NCBI GenBank assembly: GCA_963772875.1
Contig: CAVYZE010000014.1
Location: forward strand, 263,977-327,976
Length of the DNA stretch: 64,000 bases
Origin: an uncultured Actinomycetota bacterium
Lineage (GTDB): Bacteria; Actinomycetota; Actinomycetes; Mycobacteriales; Mycobacteriaceae
Direction of reading: 5' to 3'
The notes beneath the pieces are model-generated. The model saw nothing but the letters and a program-made list of their open reading frames with translations. It made no database searches and was not told the DNA's origin. Position numbers and translations under genes: made by a program. This document shows positions 61,005 through 64,000 of this stretch, one piece after another. Position 1 is the stretch's first letter; every line of letters starts with the position of its first letter.

Positions 61005-61958
61005 ATGAGCAAGCATCCCTCCCCAAGCGCCCGGATGCGGGGCCAGACCGTCCTGGTCACCGGCACCACCAAGGGTGGCATCGGGTACGAGACCGCCCGC
61101 CTTCTCGGTGACGAGGGAGCCACCGTCCTGACACACGGCCGTACCCAGGAAGCGGCGGGCGTCACCGTCGAAAACCTCGCGGCTGACGGCAGCGGAGCTG
61201 GCCGCTTCATCCCGGTCGCCGCCGATCTGAGCTCGATCGCCGGCGCGCGACAGCTAGTAGACGCCGTCCGAGCTGCAGCCCCGCAGGGCCTCCACGGTCT
61301 AATCAACAACGCCGGCGCCGGGTTCACCCAGCGGCGGCTGTCCCCAGATGGCATCGAGATGACCATGGCCATCAACCACGTCGCGGTAGCCGCCCTGACA
61401 GACGGACTCCTCGACCTGCTGCACGCGGGTGCGGACTCCTTGGGAAGACCTTCGCGGGTAGCCAACATGACCGCGTTGATAGAGGGACTCGGGAAAGTCG
61501 AGACCGACTGGTCCTATCCGGGCAAATACACCCAGACTCAGGCCTACTTCAACGCCAAGTTGACCAACCTGCTCTACACCTATGCCCTGGCTCGCCGACT
61601 CGACGGCGGCGGGGTCACCGTCAACGCGGTCAGCCCCGGCACGGTGAAATCGGGTTTCGGCGACAAGGCCGGCGGAACCTTCGGGCTGATGGCACGGCTC
61701 GGCGCACCGTTATACGGCGAGCCCGCTCGAGGCTCCCGCGGATGCGTGCGGATCATGGCCGACCCAGACCTGGCCACGGCCACCGGCGGCTACTACGCGG
61801 CCGCCAAACTCAAGAAATCCTCCAAGAAGTCCCGCACACAGCACCTGCAGGAGCAGGTCTACCTCCAGACCGAACGCACCCTGCGTGCCCACCCCGACAA
61901 CCACCCCAGGGGCGCAGTAGATGACCGCGTTCGCCGCACGCCGGAGCGTTTCGAGTAG
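61005..61958 (+). CDS. SDR oxidoreductase (retinol-dehydrogenase-like subgroup)
   Basis: TGTTKGGIG, ADLSS, NNAG, DGIEMTMAINH, YFNAK; AGGAG RBS. Confidence 0.88.
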   Translation: MSKHPSPSARMRGQTVLVTGTTKGGIGYETARLLGDEGATVLTHGRTQEAAGVTVENLAADGSGAGRFIPVAADLSSIAGARQLVDAVRAAAPQGLHGLINNAGAGFTQRRLSPDGIEMTMAINHVAVAALTDGLLDLLHAGADSLGRPSRVANMTALIEGLGKVETDWSYPGKYTQTQAYFNAKLTNLLYTYALARRLDGGGVTVNAVSPGTVKSGFGDKAGGTFGLMARLGAPLYGEPARGSRGCVRIMADPDLATATGGYYAAAKLKKSSKKSRTQHLQEQVYLQTERTLRAHPDNHPRGAVDDRVRRTPERFE

Positions 61959-62036
61959 CTAGTCACCGCGGCGGCGGATCGGGTGCGATACCAGCCGACG
62001 GTGATCATGCCGTGGCGCTACTAGGACGTCGACCCT

Positions 62037-62080
62037 GAACTGGCCGCTACGCCTCGGCGCAGGGGCGTAGCGGCCAGTTC
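62037..62080. terminator. perfect 17-bp stem-loop after the SDR pair
   Basis: GAACTGGCCGCTACGCC-N10-GGCGTAGCGGCCAGTTC. Confidence 0.55.
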
Positions 62081-62113
62081 CCAATCAGCCGCAGACCGGC
62101 CGGCCATGCGGCA

Positions 62114-62951
62114 GCGAAGGACGCGTGCAACGACCAGTTCGTCGCCAGGACCAAGCCGCCGGCGGCGGTCTTCCCGGCGAGCACGCCCGACAGGATCAGA
62201 GGAATCGGAAGGGGGATCAGGGCAGCGAGGACCGCAGCGACGGATCTCGCGCACCTGGCTACTGATGGCAGCGAACGAATCGGTCACCGAGCCGCAACGG
62301 CTCACCCCCAAGGGGCGGGCCACGCGGGAGCGGATCGTGGCAACAGCAGCGCAACTGATGTACGACCACGGTGTCGCCGGCACGAGTCCGGCGACATCCA
62401 GAAGGTCCGCGGGCGTTGGCCCTTCGCAGGTGTATCACTACTTCCAGGACAAGGAATCCACGATCAGGGCCGTCATCGCCCACCGCCTGCACGCTCTCCT
62501 CACGACGCTCGAGGGGCTGGACAGCATGGAGGGGTTGCGAGCCTGGCGAGACTTCGTCGTCGACACCCAACGCCAGCGGAACTGCGAAGGCGGCTGCCCG
62601 ATCGGGTCGCTGGTCGGGGAACTCGCCGAGCCCTTCCCGCAATGTCGAGCTGACCTCGCCGGGGGATTCGACCAATGGGAAGCGGCGATCCGCAAGGGTT
62701 TACAGGCCATGTGCGATCGTGGCGATCTGCGCCGCAAGGCCAACCCCGACCGCCTGGCGACCGCGCTGTTGGCCGCGGTCGAAGGCGGCATCCTGCTCGC
62801 GCAGGTTCGCCGCGACCCCGCTGCTCTCGCGACGGCACTCGATGAGGTCCTCGATCGCATCGAGGACCTCAGGCCCCGACGCGCGCCGGGCCCGTCAGTA
62901 AGCCAGGCAACACAGCCTCACTCGTCGCGTCGGCTGCCTTGGTGAATACCT
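62114..62951 (+). repeat. ~840-bp direct repeat copy 2 (TetR gene plus flanks)
   Basis: Aligns by eye with 55086-55925. Confidence 0.88.
62265..62945 (+). CDS. TetR paralog of 55241-55876 with scrambled HTH segment and shifted C-terminus (possibly non-functional)
   Basis: Near-identical protein, but TLGDVQKAA is replaced by SPATSRRSA through compensating indels at about 62388-62412; homologous TAA at 62899-62901 is out of frame. Confidence 0.75.
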   Translation: MAANESVTEPQRLTPKGRATRERIVATAAQLMYDHGVAGTSPATSRRSAGVGPSQVYHYFQDKESTIRAVIAHRLHALLTTLEGLDSMEGLRAWRDFVVDTQRQRNCEGGCPIGSLVGELAEPFPQCRADLAGGFDQWEAAIRKGLQAMCDRGDLRRKANPDRLATALLAAVEGGILLAQVRRDPAALATALDEVLDRIEDLRPRRAPGPSVSQATQPHSSRRLPW

Positions 62952-63272
62952 ATGCGCCACAAAGGAATTGACCAAACAGCGAAGGTCTGCGATCGCCGGT
63001 GCGCTACGGCGGCCGCCGATCGGTATGTAAACGTTCGCTAACGGAAGGTGATTCGGTGAGCGTGGCTCCCCGGCTCCACTCCGGGAGATGGACCAACGCG
63101 ACGTGACCTTCTTTGACCGGATTCGATAGTCTCACAACGCATCTGAAGGGCTTTTGGGACTGCTCGCAATGGGGCGCATCAGTCCCAAACGGATCGCCAC
63201 GGTGCCCAACTGGATGGATGATCCGGACATGCTGCGATCCGTTGGTCAAGCCGGTGCTCGTCGCGCCACGCA

Positions 63273-63788
63273 TCACGGTCGACGGGCGGAGCCGATGGGC
63301 GAACCCGACTCGGCGATCCGGTCGGTAATGGCCTGGGCCGCTCTGCCGAGCCTGATCAGGTCGGCCTTCGTCAACGGCTCCACCACCAGTTCGCGCACCT
63401 TCGCGACGTGCAAGGGGGCCGCGGCGGAGACCCGCCGCAATCCCGCCTTCGTGAGCTCGACCACGCTCACCCTGGCGTCCTCGGCACAGACGTGCTTCAC
63501 CACCAACCCGTTGCCTGCGAGGCGCCTTACCACGTGCGACAACCGCGACAACGAGGAGTTCGCACTGGAGGCGAGCTCCGACATCCGCAGCGTCCGCTCG
63601 TCGGCTTCCGAGAGATTCGCCAGCACGAGGTACTCGAACGTCGTCAGTCCGGTGGTGCGCTGCAGATCGCTTTCCAGGGCCGCCGGAAGCTCCATAATCA
63701 TCGATAGGAGCTGACGCCACGCACGCTGCTGATCGTCGTCGAGCCACACCGTTTCGGGTCGACGACGCTCACGCTTGGGCCGCGTCAC
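63273..63788 (-). CDS. MarR-family transcriptional regulator
   Basis: WLDDDQQRAWR..GLTTFEYLVLANLSE..LRMSELA..SRLSHVVRRL..GLV..DAR winged helix; true start may be GTG 63749. Confidence 0.9.
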   Translation of the reverse strand: MTRPKRERRRPETVWLDDDQQRAWRQLLSMIMELPAALESDLQRTTGLTTFEYLVLANLSEADERTLRMSELASSANSSLSRLSHVVRRLAGNGLVVKHVCAEDARVSVVELTKAGLRRVSAAAPLHVAKVRELVVEPLTKADLIRLGRAAQAITDRIAESGSPIGSARRP

Positions 63789-63850
63789 CGCGACGACCCG
63801 ATGGTTTCCAATCGCCCAGCTGTCATCCGGACCTCCTGCATCTGAAGGAT

Positions 63851-63866
63851 AGTTCGACCGTCAACT
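63851..63866. promoter_or_regulatory. candidate MarR operator
   Basis: AGTT-CGACCGTC-AACT imperfect palindrome upstream of the marR gene. Confidence 0.35.
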
Positions 63867-64000
63867 GTTAGACGTCAGCCGCCGAGCGGCGACGGCTCCG
63901 TCGTGGCAACCCCGCGGCACCGGCGACGGCGTCCGGTCGTTGTCGAGGCGTCAAGGTCTGCATCACCGCGGGAATGAGTCCGATGGAGCCGATTTAGTTG

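Larger units (their letters stand above)
50700..64000. other. accessory oxidoreductase/regulator island (right boundary not in window)
   Basis: Core synteny ends after cyp130. A+T-richer stretches at about 50750-51150, 54060-54480 and 55990-56830; clustered pseudogenes and internal duplications. No integrase or transposase seen. Confidence 0.7.

Noticed and set aside
50700-64000. Prophage, ICE, IS or anti-phage defence island
   Set aside because: No integrase, transposase, relaxase, phage structural, restriction-modification or known defence-domain motifs found in any ORF.

Overview
High-GC mycobacterial (non-tuberculous Mycobacterium-like) chromosomal window. Bases 1 to ~50700 are core genome, collinear with the M. 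tuberculosis Rv1204c-Rv1256c interval as I recall it: log, fadD6, folP2, gpgS, tag, glgA(glgM)/glgC, the RaaS-controlled Rv1219c-Rv1216c ABC operon, sigE-rseA-htrA-tatB, mrp, lpqY-sugABC, corA, mdh, a malic enzyme, lpqZ, kgd, an MFS pump, a nuclease-helicase, lprE, deaD, an acyltransferase, a TetR and cyp130. In this part the Rv1216c-like methyltransferase carries an in-frame TGA where homologues have Trp. There are two REP/MIRU-like tandem arrays and a duplicated convergent-gene junction. From ~50700 to the window end the synteny breaks into an accessory, partly A+T-richer and visibly decaying oxidoreductase island. It holds a quinone-reductase-type enzyme, five SDR genes or remnants, a cupin, a CMD/AhpD-like protein, an F420 PPOX protein, an SRPBCC protein, an uncharacterised protein built of two internal repeats, three related TetR regulators with a GGCP(L/I)GSL motif, and a MarR. 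Two ~840-bp direct repeats, each carrying a TetR gene, bracket a ~6.2-kb cassette that contains a ~214-bp tandem duplication of a divergent promoter with paired TGG(A/T)-N8-TCCA sites. No rRNA, tRNA, CRISPR array, integrase or transposase was seen. Orthology calls come from recognised motifs and remembered gene order, not from database searches.
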